Source of the DNA: Longimicrobiales bacterium
GTDB lineage: Bacteria; Gemmatimonadota; Gemmatimonadetes; Longimicrobiales; Gaopeijiaceae
Assembly: GCA_965203485.1 (NCBI GenBank)
Contig: OZ241892.1
Location: 768,001-832,000, forward strand
Direction of reading: 5' to 3'
Length of the DNA: 64,000 nt
The notes below the pieces were generated by a model, which saw only the letters and a program-made list of their open reading frames with translations, searched no databases and was not told where the DNA came from. This document shows positions 27,201-36,911 of the stretch, in pieces (positions within the stretch are counted from its first letter, which is position 1; every line of letters starts with the position of its first letter). Made by a program: the position numbers and the translations under genes.

Positions 27201-29209
27201 ATTCCGCGTCCGGGAGCGGGAAAACCCCACACCTCTTCGTAGTGGGCGTCCAGCAGGTTGTCGGCTCGGAAGGTGAGCGCCACGGCGGGCCGCGAGCCGC
27301 CGCCGAAGAGCCGCAAGTTGGCGCCGAGGTCGACGACGGAGTAGGCGGACAGTTCGACCGGCGTCGCTGGCCAACTCGCGAAGTTGCGGTCGTCGCGGGA
27401 GCCCACGCGGCGGAGGCTCAAGTCCAGGGTCAGCCGTTCCCGGACCGTCATGGAAGCGGTGGCCGCAAACGCATGTTCCGGGCGTCGCAGCAGGCGTTGG
27501 CCCTCCACGAGGGATGCGCCGGGCCCCTCGTCGAAGCCGCTGTCGTCGACGCGAGTTCGCAGCCAAGCATACGACCCGCCGATTGCAAGTGCGCCGAAGC
27601 TGGCTTCGGCTTCGGCCTCGAAGCCCCGGCTGCTGGCCCTTGCCACGTTGTGGTAGTTGGGCCCTCCCTGCTCGGGTGGAGAGAACGCATACTGAATCAG
27701 ATTCCGATACTTCTGCGAAAAGGCGGTCAGGGACACGGTGACGCGGGGGCCGATCCGCTGCTCTAGGCCGGCCTCGAATTCGGTGGAGCCCTCCGGCTCG
27801 AGAGCGCGGTTGCCGACTGCCCAGGCCGACCCGAACGATTCCGCGAACGTCGGCTCCTTGATCGCCGTGCCCGCCGACGCGTACAATCGCGTGCGCGCCG
27901 GCGCCGGCCTCCAGACCAAGCCTGCCCGCCACGTGGCGGCCGTTCCGTAGTGCTCGTTGTCCTCTATGCGCAGGCCGCCGTTCACCGCCGCATCGCCCCG
28001 CGCGCCGTCCACCTGCACGTAGGCCGCGCGGTTCCATCGCTCGTGGGCCGTGCTCTGCGGGCTGGAGCCGTACTGCGACAGCGACCGCGACAAGCTCCGC
28101 ACCGACTGCTGCTCCAGCTCGGCGCCCGCGGCCAGCGCCGATTCGCCCGCGAACCGCCAGATGGCCCGCGCGTCCGTGGCAGTTCGGCGGCCGTCGGCGA
28201 GGCTCTCGGACCCGAAGAAACCCAGGGTGTCCGCCGGGCCGTCGGGAGCGTCGTCGGCGCCCGAGTCCCAGTCGTGAAGCGTCAGCGCCAAGCGGGTCTC
28301 GAAGGCGTCCGTCCAGTTGCGTCCTGCTTCGACGGCGGCCACCAGGGCGTCGCCGAACGTGTAGGCGTTGCGGTCGACCAGGACGCCGGAGCCGTCGGTG
28401 GGGAAGTGGAAGCGTTGGATCTCGTGGCGAAGAGCGAGGGTGACGCCGTTGCGGGCGTCCGGTTGCACTTGCACGCGGCCCGACACCGTCGTCGAGCGGT
28501 GTGCGTTGTTGAGGTCGAGGATGCCGTCCGTGTCGTTTCGGCCCAGCGAGAAGGAGTAAGACAGGAGTCCGGTGCCGCCGGACGCTCCGCCGTGCCATTG
28601 CCTTGCCCCGAAGCTGCCTGCGCGAAAGGACAGATCGGCCGTCGGCGCACCCCGGCCGCGCCGGGTGAAGACATGGATCACCCCGCTCACGGCGTCCGAG
28701 CCGTACAGCGCCGATACCGGCCCGCGCACGATCTCGATTCGCTCGATGCCGTCGGCCGTCATCGAGCCGAAGTCAAAGCGTCCGCCGGGCTCGTTGACGC
28801 TGACCCCGTCGACCAGCACCAGCACGTGGTCGGACGCGCCCCCACGGAGAAACGCCGAGGTCGTCGCGCCGAACGATCCGCCACGCACGACGGCGAGAGA
28901 CGCAACTTGCCGCAACGCGTCCGCCACGTACTTGATTCCCGCCCGCTCCAGAGCCTCGCCTTCGATGACGGTGGTGCGGGCGGCGACGGTCCACGCGGGC
29001 GCGGGCCGCCGGTTGGCCGTGACCACCAGACCCTCCAGGGGCACGGGCTCTTGAGCGTCCTGAAAGCCGCGCTCGATCGCTCGTCCTTGGAGCGGAGCGT
29101 TGGCCGCCGAGACGATGGTCGCAACGCAAACTGCGACGGCGCCGACCCCGTCCCTCGTTTGCGCCCCCGTTCGGCGGTTGCCCGGGCGTGTCCTCCGCCC
29201 AATCGTCAC
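27164..29209 (-). CDS. TonB-dependent outer-membrane receptor (BtuB-like)
   Basis: LVVTANR, FLRGG.SDHVLVLVDG, IERIEIVRGP.SALYGSDAVSGVI, NLLD..YEEV.GFP.PGR; in-frame GTG overlaps the upstream stop. Confidence 0.9.
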   Translation of the reverse strand: MTIGRRTRPGNRRTGAQTRDGVGAVAVCVATIVSAANAPLQGRAIERGFQDAQEPVPLEGLVVTANRRPAPAWTVAARTTVIEGEALERAGIKYVADALRQVASLAVVRGGSFGATTSAFLRGGASDHVLVLVDGVSVNEPGGRFDFGSMTADGIERIEIVRGPVSALYGSDAVSGVIHVFTRRGRGAPTADLSFRAGSFGARQWHGGASGGTGLLSYSFSLGRNDTDGILDLNNAHRSTTVSGRVQVQPDARNGVTLALRHEIQRFHFPTDGSGVLVDRNAYTFGDALVAAVEAGRNWTDAFETRLALTLHDWDSGADDAPDGPADTLGFFGSESLADGRRTATDARAIWRFAGESALAAGAELEQQSVRSLSRSLSQYGSSPQSTAHERWNRAAYVQVDGARGDAAVNGGLRIEDNEHYGTAATWRAGLVWRPAPARTRLYASAGTAIKEPTFAESFGSAWAVGNRALEPEGSTEFEAGLEQRIGPRVTVSLTAFSQKYRNLIQYAFSPPEQGGPNYHNVARASSRGFEAEAEASFGALAIGGSYAWLRTRVDDSGFDEGPGASLVEGQRLLRRPEHAFAATASMTVRERLTLDLSLRRVGSRDDRNFASWPATPVELSAYSVVDLGANLRLFGGGSRPAVALTFRADNLLDAHYEEVWGFPAPGRGIYVGGRVTAGGG

Positions 29210-30135
29210 CGTGGCTTGGCCGTCCCGGCCTCGTCGTCCGCGGAAGCTAGCAATTCGCCCAGTACGGTCCCCGCCGGGTCGCTGGGCATGCCCACCTTCC
29301 AGGTCGCCTTGAAGACGTTTGCGCTTCCGTTGCGGACGGCGGCCGCGATGCCGGCGTCGGCGGGCTCCAGCAGTCCCGCGCGGAGCAATTTCAGGGGACC
29401 GGCGGCCGCGATCTTGGGCGTCGCCGCCCACGCCTGGCGGAACTCCTCGTCGGAGTCCAAGAGCTTGCGAAACAGGTACTGCACCCAGAAGTAGACGCCC
29501 AGCTTCGGATGCTCGACCGTGGGGATCAGGAGTCCCTCGTATGGTCGGCCCCATTTGCGCCCGTAGCCGTGGCGGAAGCGCAGATGAGTCCGTCGCGCGG
29601 CGATCCGTTCGCCCAGCAATCGCATCCGCGCCGGCGTTCCCCCCCCGCCCCCCGCCCGCCGGGCCGCCCGCCTGCGCGTCTCGGCGAGCAGGCGCAGCGC
29701 CTCGGCCAGCCAGCGGACTACCACGAGCGAGCCCGGTCGAGCGGCCAGGAGCCAGCTGTCCACGGGCCGGTCGCGACTGGGGCGATCGTACCCGAAGAAG
29801 CCGCTGGGGCCCGCAGCTTCGTGGATCCACGCGTCCAGAGGACGGGCGCACCACAAAGTGGAGTCCGCCCACACGCCCCCGTGCTTTGCGAGCAGGCTCA
29901 GACGCAGCAGGTCGGAGCGCGCGGGCAACGCGGGACGCACTTCGTCCACCGTCGCCGGCAACGCCTCCCGAACGATCTTGCTGGCCGCATCGAGCTTGTG
30001 GACGACCCATCCCGGGTTTCTTTGGCGCCACGTCGAAACGCAACGCTGCACAATGCTTGGCGCATTGCCCCACCCCTGGTGCCAGTAGGTCCAAACCCGC
30101 CGGGGCAGCGAACCGGCCGGCGACCCGCAGGTCAA
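29206..30135 (-). CDS. Capsular polysaccharide synthesis protein (GT32-like glycosyltransferase)
   Basis: PRRVWTYWHQG...AP.IV..C..TW...NPGW, RSDLLRL.LL..HGGVWAD; start (TTG 30135) uncertain. Confidence 0.85.
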   Translation of the reverse strand: MTCGSPAGSLPRRVWTYWHQGWGNAPSIVQRCVSTWRQRNPGWVVHKLDAASKIVREALPATVDEVRPALPARSDLLRLSLLAKHGGVWADSTLWCARPLDAWIHEAAGPSGFFGYDRPSRDRPVDSWLLAARPGSLVVVRWLAEALRLLAETRRRAARRAGGGGGTPARMRLLGERIAARRTHLRFRHGYGRKWGRPYEGLLIPTVEHPKLGVYFWVQYLFRKLLDSDEEFRQAWAATPKIAAAGPLKLLRAGLLEPADAGIAAAVRNGSANVFKATWKVGMPSDPAGTVLGELLASADDEAGTAKPR

Positions 30136-30268
30136 GGCAACGGACCCAGGAGTCCGTCGGCGCTCCCGGCCAAGCGCCCGGGCCGGCGGCGGCGCGACCA
30201 CGCGGCCGCGTCCATTGTCCGGCAGTCCGATCGCGTCGGTGTCGCGACCCGGCCCGGCTCCGGCGGCC

Positions 30269-32260
30269 TCATCCCTCCGCCAGCGCCAACGCCACCAGCT
30301 CGCCCGGATGGCCCGGCGCCCCCACTGCCACCACCACGAACTGCCGGCCACGGTGCATGTAGGTCATCGGCAGCCCCGTCTGGTTGGCCGGCAGCTGGAT
30401 CTCGGCCACAACGGCGCCCGTCGCCTTGTCGTGGGCGCGCAGCAAGGAGCCGCCCGATCCCGGCGCCGCGTACATCCCGCCGCCCTCGCCGGCGAAGAGC
30501 AGCGTCTTGGTCGCCAGCAGGCCGCCCCGGTCCATGCGGCCCGTCCGGCCCACGTCGATCCCTTCGAGAGCCGGGTGGTTCTTGACGTACTCGGGCGCGT
30601 CGCCGTTGGGCGCTTGCCAAGCGATGTCGCCCGCGTTCAGGTCGATCGCAGTGATCCTGCCCCACGGCGGCTTGAAGAGGGGCAACCCCTGGGGCCCGCC
30701 GCCGCCCCGCAGCCGCAGGCCGCCGCCGCGCACGTAGTTCATGCTCGACACGTCCGGGTCGTGCACCAGCGAGATCACGCTCGGAGCCGTCGCCGACTGC
30801 ACGAAGAGGTAGCCGGTCTCGGGATCGAAGGCGCCGCCCGGCCAGTTTGCGCCGCCCAGCGAGCCGGGGACCATGAGCGTGCCCTGCGTGCCGCCCTCCA
30901 CGGCCACGGACGGCGGCGTGTAGAGCGGCCCCCAGCGCAGGCGCGCCAAGATCGCCTCCGCCTCTGCCCGGAGCTCCGGAGTGAAGTCGATCAGGTCGTC
31001 GGGGCTCACGCCCTGCCGGTCGAAGGCGGGCGGCCTGGACGGAAAGGGCTGGGTGGGCGCGGTGCGCTCTCCCGGTACGTCGGACTGCGGCGCCGGGCGC
31101 TCCTCGATCGGCCAGACCGGCTCGCCGGTGCGCCTGTCGAAGACGAACGTGAAGGTCTGCTTGGTCAGCTGGGCGACGGCCGGCACGGGCCTTCCGTCCA
31201 CCACCAGGTCCGCCAGCACGGGTGGGGCCGGCGGATCGTAGTCCCAGATGCCGTGGTGCACGGTCTGAAAGTGCCACCGGCGCTCGCCCGTGGCCGCGTC
31301 CAGGGCCACGAGGCTTTGCGAGAACAGGTTGTCGCCGGGCCGGTGGCCGCCGTAGTAGTCGCCGGTGGGCGCCTCGACGGGCAGATAGACGAGCCCCAGG
31401 GCCGTGTCGGCGCTGATCGAAGTCCATACCGCCGCATTGCCGGTGTAGCTCCACGACTCGTCCTCCCAAGTGTCGTGGCCGAACTCGCCGGGTTGCGGGA
31501 TGGTGTGGAATGTCCATAGGCGCCGGCCGGTTGCCGCGTCGTATCCGCGCACGTGTCCCGGAGGCATCTCGGGCGACGGGGGCGCGGCGCCTGACGGCAA
31601 CGCCGAGCCGACCACGACGACGCTCCCGACCACCACGGGCGGCGAGCTTGATCCGATGGGCGCGCGCTTCAGGTCCAGCGGGCGGCCCAGTCCGCGCCGG
31701 AGGTCCACGATGCCGTCGCGGCCGAAGCTGGGGACGGGGCGGCCCGTGGCGGCGTCCAGGGCCACCAGGCGGAAGCCCGGCGTCACGAAGAAGATCCGCG
31801 GACCGGTCTCCGGATGCTCCCAGTAGGCGACGCCCCTCCCCGAGTTGCGTCTCGGCGCCGAGCGGTCGCCCTCGTCCAGGCGGTAGGTCCACAGGGTCTC
31901 GCCCGTTCCGGGGTCGATGGCGGCCACGGCGCGGCGGTACCCGGCCGTGGCGTACAGCGTCGAGTCCGCCATGAGCGGCGTGGTGCGGTAGTTGAACTCG
32001 GGCGAGGGTCCGAAGTTGGCCGCCTGCCAGCGCCAGGCGACCTCGAGCTGGGCCACGTTGCGGGGACCGATCTGGTCGAGCGCCGAGTAGCGCGTGTTGG
32101 CGGGATCTCCGCCGTAGTGGCGCCACTGGCCGTCCGTGGCGCCCTGCTGGGCCGACGCGGGCGCCGCCGGCGCAAGAAGGGCCGCGAGGCAAGCGTGGAC
32201 TGTCCAGGCGGCCCGCGCGGGCGGCGCGGAGAAGCCGCGTGCGGCGAGGTTCGCGGGCAT
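30269..32260 (-). CDS. PQQ-dependent (quinoprotein glucose dehydrogenase-like) dehydrogenase, secreted
   Basis: Signal peptide, W..YGGD...RYS.LDQI, WHFQTVHHGIWDYD, GGANWPG, KPPWGRITAIDL. Confidence 0.92.
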   Translation of the reverse strand: MPANLAARGFSAPPARAAWTVHACLAALLAPAAPASAQQGATDGQWRHYGGDPANTRYSALDQIGPRNVAQLEVAWRWQAANFGPSPEFNYRTTPLMADSTLYATAGYRRAVAAIDPGTGETLWTYRLDEGDRSAPRRNSGRGVAYWEHPETGPRIFFVTPGFRLVALDAATGRPVPSFGRDGIVDLRRGLGRPLDLKRAPIGSSSPPVVVGSVVVVGSALPSGAAPPSPEMPPGHVRGYDAATGRRLWTFHTIPQPGEFGHDTWEDESWSYTGNAAVWTSISADTALGLVYLPVEAPTGDYYGGHRPGDNLFSQSLVALDAATGERRWHFQTVHHGIWDYDPPAPPVLADLVVDGRPVPAVAQLTKQTFTFVFDRRTGEPVWPIEERPAPQSDVPGERTAPTQPFPSRPPAFDRQGVSPDDLIDFTPELRAEAEAILARLRWGPLYTPPSVAVEGGTQGTLMVPGSLGGANWPGGAFDPETGYLFVQSATAPSVISLVHDPDVSSMNYVRGGGLRLRGGGGPQGLPLFKPPWGRITAIDLNAGDIAWQAPNGDAPEYVKNHPALEGIDVGRTGRMDRGGLLATKTLLFAGEGGGMYAAPGSGGSLLRAHDKATGAVVAEIQLPANQTGLPMTYMHRGRQFVVVAVGAPGHPGELVALALAEG

Positions 32261-32585
32261 GTGCTGCGTCCTTCCAGGGATGCGCGGCAAGGGGTGGTTC
32301 CGCTCCGGGCCGACTGACGACGGCGCCGTCGTCGCCCGGGAGCCGCGCCCTTTCTGCTCGGCCCCAAGCGGCAGTAGGTTGGATGTCCAACGTAGGGAGT
32401 TTGCGGGCGGCGAGACAGCGAGCCGCCGGAAGCACGGCGAGAGCCGACGGGCGCAACGAGTCGCTGGCGGACGGCGGACCTGTGAAGGCCGCGCTTCGAT
32501 CGTTCGTATTCGTGGAGGAGGCGGCCGGGGGCGGACCCGCCGAAACGGCGCCGCGGAGAAGACGAAAGAGGAGTTCATCCCGAAG

Positions 32586-33149
32586 ATGCTCACGGCGTAC
32601 ATCTCGTGCTTCGCGGTGGGGGGCGTCCTGCTCGCCATGTCGCTGTTCGGGGACTTCCTCGACGGCGACGCGGACTTGTCGGTCGACGCCGGCGCGGCCT
32701 CCGCGGCCGGTGCAGTGTCGGCGATCTTCTCCGTCCGCACGATCATCTACGCCGTCTTCGGATTCGGCGCGTGCGGAGTCGCGCTCCATCTCCTGTGGGA
32801 CGGAGACAGACCTCTGGGCGCCGGGCTGGCCGCCGTCGGCACGGGGCTGGTCTCCGGCGCGCTGGCCAGCGTCGTCTTCCGCTACCTGCGAGGCACGGAG
32901 GCCGGGACGATCGAAGGCGAGGAGGCGTTCGTCGGGCAGACGGGCCGGGTCGCGCTCGAGGTCGGCCCGGACAGCCCAGGGTTGGTGAGGGTCCGCCGGG
33001 GAGCGCGGCGCGTTCGGGTTCGGGCCCGCTTGGCCGCCGCCGACACTGCCGCCCATGCCTTGCGGGAGGGCCGCGAGGTCGTGGTGGTGGAGATGAAGGA
33101 CGGGGTCGCCGCCGTGACCCCGGTGGACGTGAAGCTGCTGGAGGACTGA
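32586..33149 (+). CDS. NfeD-like membrane protein (OB-fold C-terminus)
   Basis: Three hydrophobic helices followed by VG..GRV......G.V.V; adjacent to flotillin. Confidence 0.8.
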   Translation: MLTAYISCFAVGGVLLAMSLFGDFLDGDADLSVDAGAASAAGAVSAIFSVRTIIYAVFGFGACGVALHLLWDGDRPLGAGLAAVGTGLVSGALASVVFRYLRGTEAGTIEGEEAFVGQTGRVALEVGPDSPGLVRVRRGARRVRVRARLAAADTAAHALREGREVVVVEMKDGVAAVTPVDVKLLED

Positions 33150-33305
33150 ACGAGTCCAAGAAGACCCACGAGACAAGAACACCCACGGACTGGAGAACGG
33201 CCCGCCAAGGCGGCCGGAAGACCGGCAAGCGCGGCCGCCCTGCGCGCCGTTCCCAGGCGCCTGCCGCGCAACGGGCGGGCCCGCAACTAATGGAGAAAGG
33301 CCCAA

Positions 33306-34619
33306 ATGGAAACCGCACTGATGCCGGGACTCGCCATCGCGGGAATCGTCCTCTTCGTCGCAATCGTGCTGATCGCGACCGTTCGCAAGCTCATCGTCAT
33401 CGTTCCGCCCAATAGGGCCGCCGTGCTCACCGGACGGAAGCGCTCCCTCGGCGACGGCCAGACGGTGGGCTACCGCTCGATCACGGGAGGGCGCACCTTC
33501 CGCGTTCCGATCATCGAGACCGTGCAGCACGTCAACTTGGAGACGATCCCGATCGAAGTGTCGGTGAGCAACGCGTTCTCCAAGGGCAACATCCCGCTGA
33601 ACGTCGAGGCCATCGCCAACGTCAAGATCGCGTCCGAGCCCGAGTGGGTCTTCAACAATGCGGTCGAGCGCCTGCTGGGGAAGACGGAGGGCGAGGTGCG
33701 GACTCTGGCCCAGGACACCCTCACGGGCAACCTGCGCGGCGTGCTCGCGACGATGACGCCCGAAGCGGTGAACGAGGACCGCCTGGGCTTCGCAAAGGCG
33801 CTTTCCGAGGACGCGGGCGAGGACTTGGCCTCGCTGGGCTTTCACCTGGACGTGCTCAAGATCCAGAACGTCAGCGACGAGCGGGGCTACCTCGAGGCGA
33901 TCGGCCGCGAGAAGGCCGCCGAGGCCATTCGCCAAGCCGAGATCGCCGAGGCCAGGGCCGAAGCCGACACGCGCGAAGCCAGGGCGGAGGCGCGGAGGCG
34001 GGCCGACGTGATCGAGGCCGGCGCGTCGATCAAGGTTGCGGAGGCGCAGAACGAACTGCGGGTGCGCCAGGCGGAGCTGGACCAGGAGGGCGTCACGGCC
34101 GAGAAGATCGCGGGCGTGCGCGCTCGGGAAGCGGAAGTCGAGGCGGAGAGAGTCTTGGAGGCGAAGCGGGTCGAGCGCGAGGCGCAACGGTTGCGGGCCG
34201 ACGTGGTCGAACCGGCGAAGGCGGAGGAGGTCGCCGCCGTCGCCCGGGCCGAGGCCGAGGCGGCGCCGATCCTGGCGCGGGGAAAGGCGCAGGTGGAGGT
34301 GCTTCGCCGACTCTACGCCGAGGTGCGCGACGGGGGCGACGCGGCGTTCGCCGTGTTCCTGGCGGAAAAGCTCCCGGAGTTGCTCGAGACGGCGGTGGGC
34401 GCCGTGAAGGGCGTCGACATCGACCGCGTCGTGGTGATGGACGGGGGCGACGGAAGCGGCGTGTCCAATGCGCTCAACCAGCGCGTCAAGGGCGCGTACG
34501 GGACGCTGGAGGGGTTGGCGTCGGCGCTGGGCCTCGACCTCGATCAGGTGTTGCGCCGTGCAGGAGGCGGCCCCGGGGCGGAAGCGAGGGAGCTCCCGGC
34601 GGAAGTCTCGGCGGACTGA
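33306..34619 (+). CDS. SPFH/flotillin-family protein
   Basis: N-terminal TM, GGRTFRVPIIE, LTGNLRGVLATMTPE, LKIQNVSD..GYL, AE-rich coiled coil. Confidence 0.93.
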   Translation: METALMPGLAIAGIVLFVAIVLIATVRKLIVIVPPNRAAVLTGRKRSLGDGQTVGYRSITGGRTFRVPIIETVQHVNLETIPIEVSVSNAFSKGNIPLNVEAIANVKIASEPEWVFNNAVERLLGKTEGEVRTLAQDTLTGNLRGVLATMTPEAVNEDRLGFAKALSEDAGEDLASLGFHLDVLKIQNVSDERGYLEAIGREKAAEAIRQAEIAEARAEADTREARAEARRRADVIEAGASIKVAEAQNELRVRQAELDQEGVTAEKIAGVRAREAEVEAERVLEAKRVEREAQRLRADVVEPAKAEEVAAVARAEAEAAPILARGKAQVEVLRRLYAEVRDGGDAAFAVFLAEKLPELLETAVGAVKGVDIDRVVVMDGGDGSGVSNALNQRVKGAYGTLEGLASALGLDLDQVLRRAGGGPGAEARELPAEVSAD

Positions 34620-34892
34620 TCTGTCCGGGGCGCGGCCCGCCGGGGTCGCGGACCATCAGCCTCTTTCTTCGCGTCGCCTTGGTACGTCCGCGAAGCCGTC
34701 TCGTTACGGTGGCGTGACATCCTCCGTCCACTATTGAGCGGCGCCCGTCAGCCTCGTCTTGTCGTCGCAGCGTCCGTTGCCGCTCGACAGGCGGTTGCCG
34801 CCGACGAATCCGTGGGCACGCGCATCCTGGCGCCCCGGTAGGCGCATGCTCCGTTTCACCGTTCCATCGCCGCCCCGGGAGGGCCCCTGCCG

Positions 34893-35783
34893 ATGACCAA
34901 GCGAGCAGCGCGACTGCGCGCAATCCCCGTTTCCCTCTTGCTGATGTCGCTTGGATGCGGAGGCGCGAATCGTCCGCAGCGCGCCGTCATTCAGAACAAG
35001 GGTTCCGACACCCTCCTCAACGTGGCGCAGACGTGGGCGGAAGCCTACAGCGCCGCGGACGCCGACGTCCTGATCGCCGTTACCGGCGGCGGCTCCGGAA
35101 CCGGCATTTCGGCGATGATCAACGGGACCGTGGACATCGCCAACTCGTCCCGCAAGATGCGCGAGACCGAGATTGCGGCTGCGCGCGAAAACGGCGTCGA
35201 GCCGGTCGAGTTCGTCGTCGGCTACGACGCGCTGGCCATCTTCCTGCACGAGGACAACCCGATTCGGGGAATGACCCTCGGCCAGATCAGGGACGTCTTC
35301 GGCGAAGGAGGCGCAGTCGAGCGCTGGGCGGACCTGGGCGTCTCCGTGCCCGGTTGCGGCTCCGACGAGGTGGTGCGCGTCAGCCGCCAGAACAACTCCG
35401 GCACCTACGTCTACTTCAAGGAGGCCGTGCTGGGCGACGACGTGGAGTTCCGGCTGGGATCGCGCGACATGCACGGCTCGAAGGACGTGGTCGACTTGGT
35501 CGAGAACACGCCGTGCGCCATCGGCTACAGCGGCCTGGCCTACGCCACCGACCACGTCCGCATCCCGTGCGTGTCCGAGGAGGAGGGCGCCGAGTGCGTG
35601 ACGCCCACCACTGCGACTGCGGTGCAGGGAAGCTATCCCATCGCCCGTCCGCTGTTCATGTACACGGCGGGACATCCGCGGGGACCGGCGGAGGCGTACA
35701 TGAGCTGGATTCTCTCGGACGAGGGCCAGTGCGTGATCCTCGAGCGGGGCTACGCGCCGGTTCGCAAGCTGGCGTGCGGCTGA
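34893..35783 (+). CDS. pstS: Phosphate ABC transporter substrate-binding lipoprotein
   Basis: KGSDT, GGGSGTGI, DIANSSR, SRQNNSGTY, YPIARPL. Confidence 0.95.
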   Translation: MTKRAARLRAIPVSLLLMSLGCGGANRPQRAVIQNKGSDTLLNVAQTWAEAYSAADADVLIAVTGGGSGTGISAMINGTVDIANSSRKMRETEIAAARENGVEPVEFVVGYDALAIFLHEDNPIRGMTLGQIRDVFGEGGAVERWADLGVSVPGCGSDEVVRVSRQNNSGTYVYFKEAVLGDDVEFRLGSRDMHGSKDVVDLVENTPCAIGYSGLAYATDHVRIPCVSEEEGAECVTPTTATAVQGSYPIARPLFMYTAGHPRGPAEAYMSWILSDEGQCVILERGYAPVRKLACG

Positions 35784-35849
35784 TCCACTCCAGGTCGCGG
35801 CCCGCCCCCGAGTCGGCGAACGCGAAGGTCGGCGCCCGCTGATCCACCG

Positions 35850-36839
35850 ATGAGCGCCCCGCAAGACGGGTCCGGCGGGTTCGCGCCGCGCGCCCAAGTC
35901 CCGGCCGTCGAACCAGCTGGCGCGCCGAGACGCGCTCGGGGCGCCGCCGCGATGGACCGCCGCGACTTTGCGTGGTACTCGGACCGGGCGGCTCAAGTCC
36001 TCATCTTCGCGGGCGGCCTGTCGGCGATTGTCTTCGTCGTCGGCATCTTCGTGTTCGTCGCCAAGGAGGGCTTGGGCTTCGTTTTCGGCCCGCTCCGGAT
36101 AGGCGAGTTCATCGCGTCGATCGCGTGGCGGCCCACGTCCCCCAACCCGACGTACGGCGCGCTGGCGCTGTTCGCTGGAACGGCCAGCGTGACGGGAATC
36201 GCCATGCTGTTCTCCGTGCCGCTGTCGCTGGGCGCGGCCTTGTACATCGGCGAGTTCGCGAAGGGCAAGCTGCGCGAGACGCTGAAGATACTGGTGGAGC
36301 TGCTTGCCGCGATTCCTTCGGTCGTGTGGGGCTTCGTCGGAATGTCGATCGTCAACCCGCTCATCATCCACGTCTTCGACGTGCCCGTGGGGCTGAGCGC
36401 GCTCAACGCGGGGCTCATCCTGGGCCTCATGGCCGCGCCGATCATGACCACGATCGCGGAGGACGCGCTCAAGGCCGTGCCCGACGGCTACCGGGAGGCG
36501 GCGGAAGCCCTGGGGGCCACGCGCTGGGAGGTGATCCGCAAGGTCGTGGTGCCTGCCAGCCGAAACGGCCTGCTCGCCGCCGTGCTGCTGGGGCTCGGCC
36601 GCGGCTTCGGCGAGACCATGGCCGTCCTGATGGCCTCGGGGCATGCGATCAACCTTCCCACCAGCCCCTTCGACTCGGTGCGGGCGCTCACGGCGACGAT
36701 CGCGGCCGAACTGGGCGACACCGCGTACGGATCGGACCACTACGGGTCGCTCTTCACCCTGGGCATCATGCTCTTCGCCGTGACGTTCGCGATCAATCTG
36801 ACCGCGGACGTCGTGGTGCGGGGGATCAGGAAGAAATAG
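35850..36839 (+). CDS. pstC: Phosphate ABC transporter permease
   Basis: ELLAAIPSVVWG, EDALKAVP, RGFGETMAV. Confidence 0.95.
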   Translation: MSAPQDGSGGFAPRAQVPAVEPAGAPRRARGAAAMDRRDFAWYSDRAAQVLIFAGGLSAIVFVVGIFVFVAKEGLGFVFGPLRIGEFIASIAWRPTSPNPTYGALALFAGTASVTGIAMLFSVPLSLGAALYIGEFAKGKLRETLKILVELLAAIPSVVWGFVGMSIVNPLIIHVFDVPVGLSALNAGLILGLMAAPIMTTIAEDALKAVPDGYREAAEALGATRWEVIRKVVVPASRNGLLAAVLLGLGRGFGETMAVLMASGHAINLPTSPFDSVRALTATIAAELGDTAYGSDHYGSLFTLGIMLFAVTFAINLTADVVVRGIRKK

Positions 36840-36911
36840 GCCGGTGCAACGGTCGAACCGCCGCGCCGGGGGGAGCCGGGAGTTCGCGCGTGCTTCCGGG
36901 GGGCGTTAGCC

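Noticed and set aside
23256..28598. 1780-aa ORF, and other very long Arg/Pro/Gly-rich ORFs (e.g. 13704-15998 extension, 30132-34187, 523-3111, 59691-62945)
   Set aside because: These are shadow frames caused by high GC; the recognisable proteins start downstream or lie in other frames or strands.
33156..33190. Imperfect 17-bp tandem (CAAGAAGACCCACGAGA / CAAGAACACCCACGGAC), and a similar 15-bp tandem at 57183-57212
   Set aside because: Only two imperfect copies each, in purine-rich leaders; probably local slippage.
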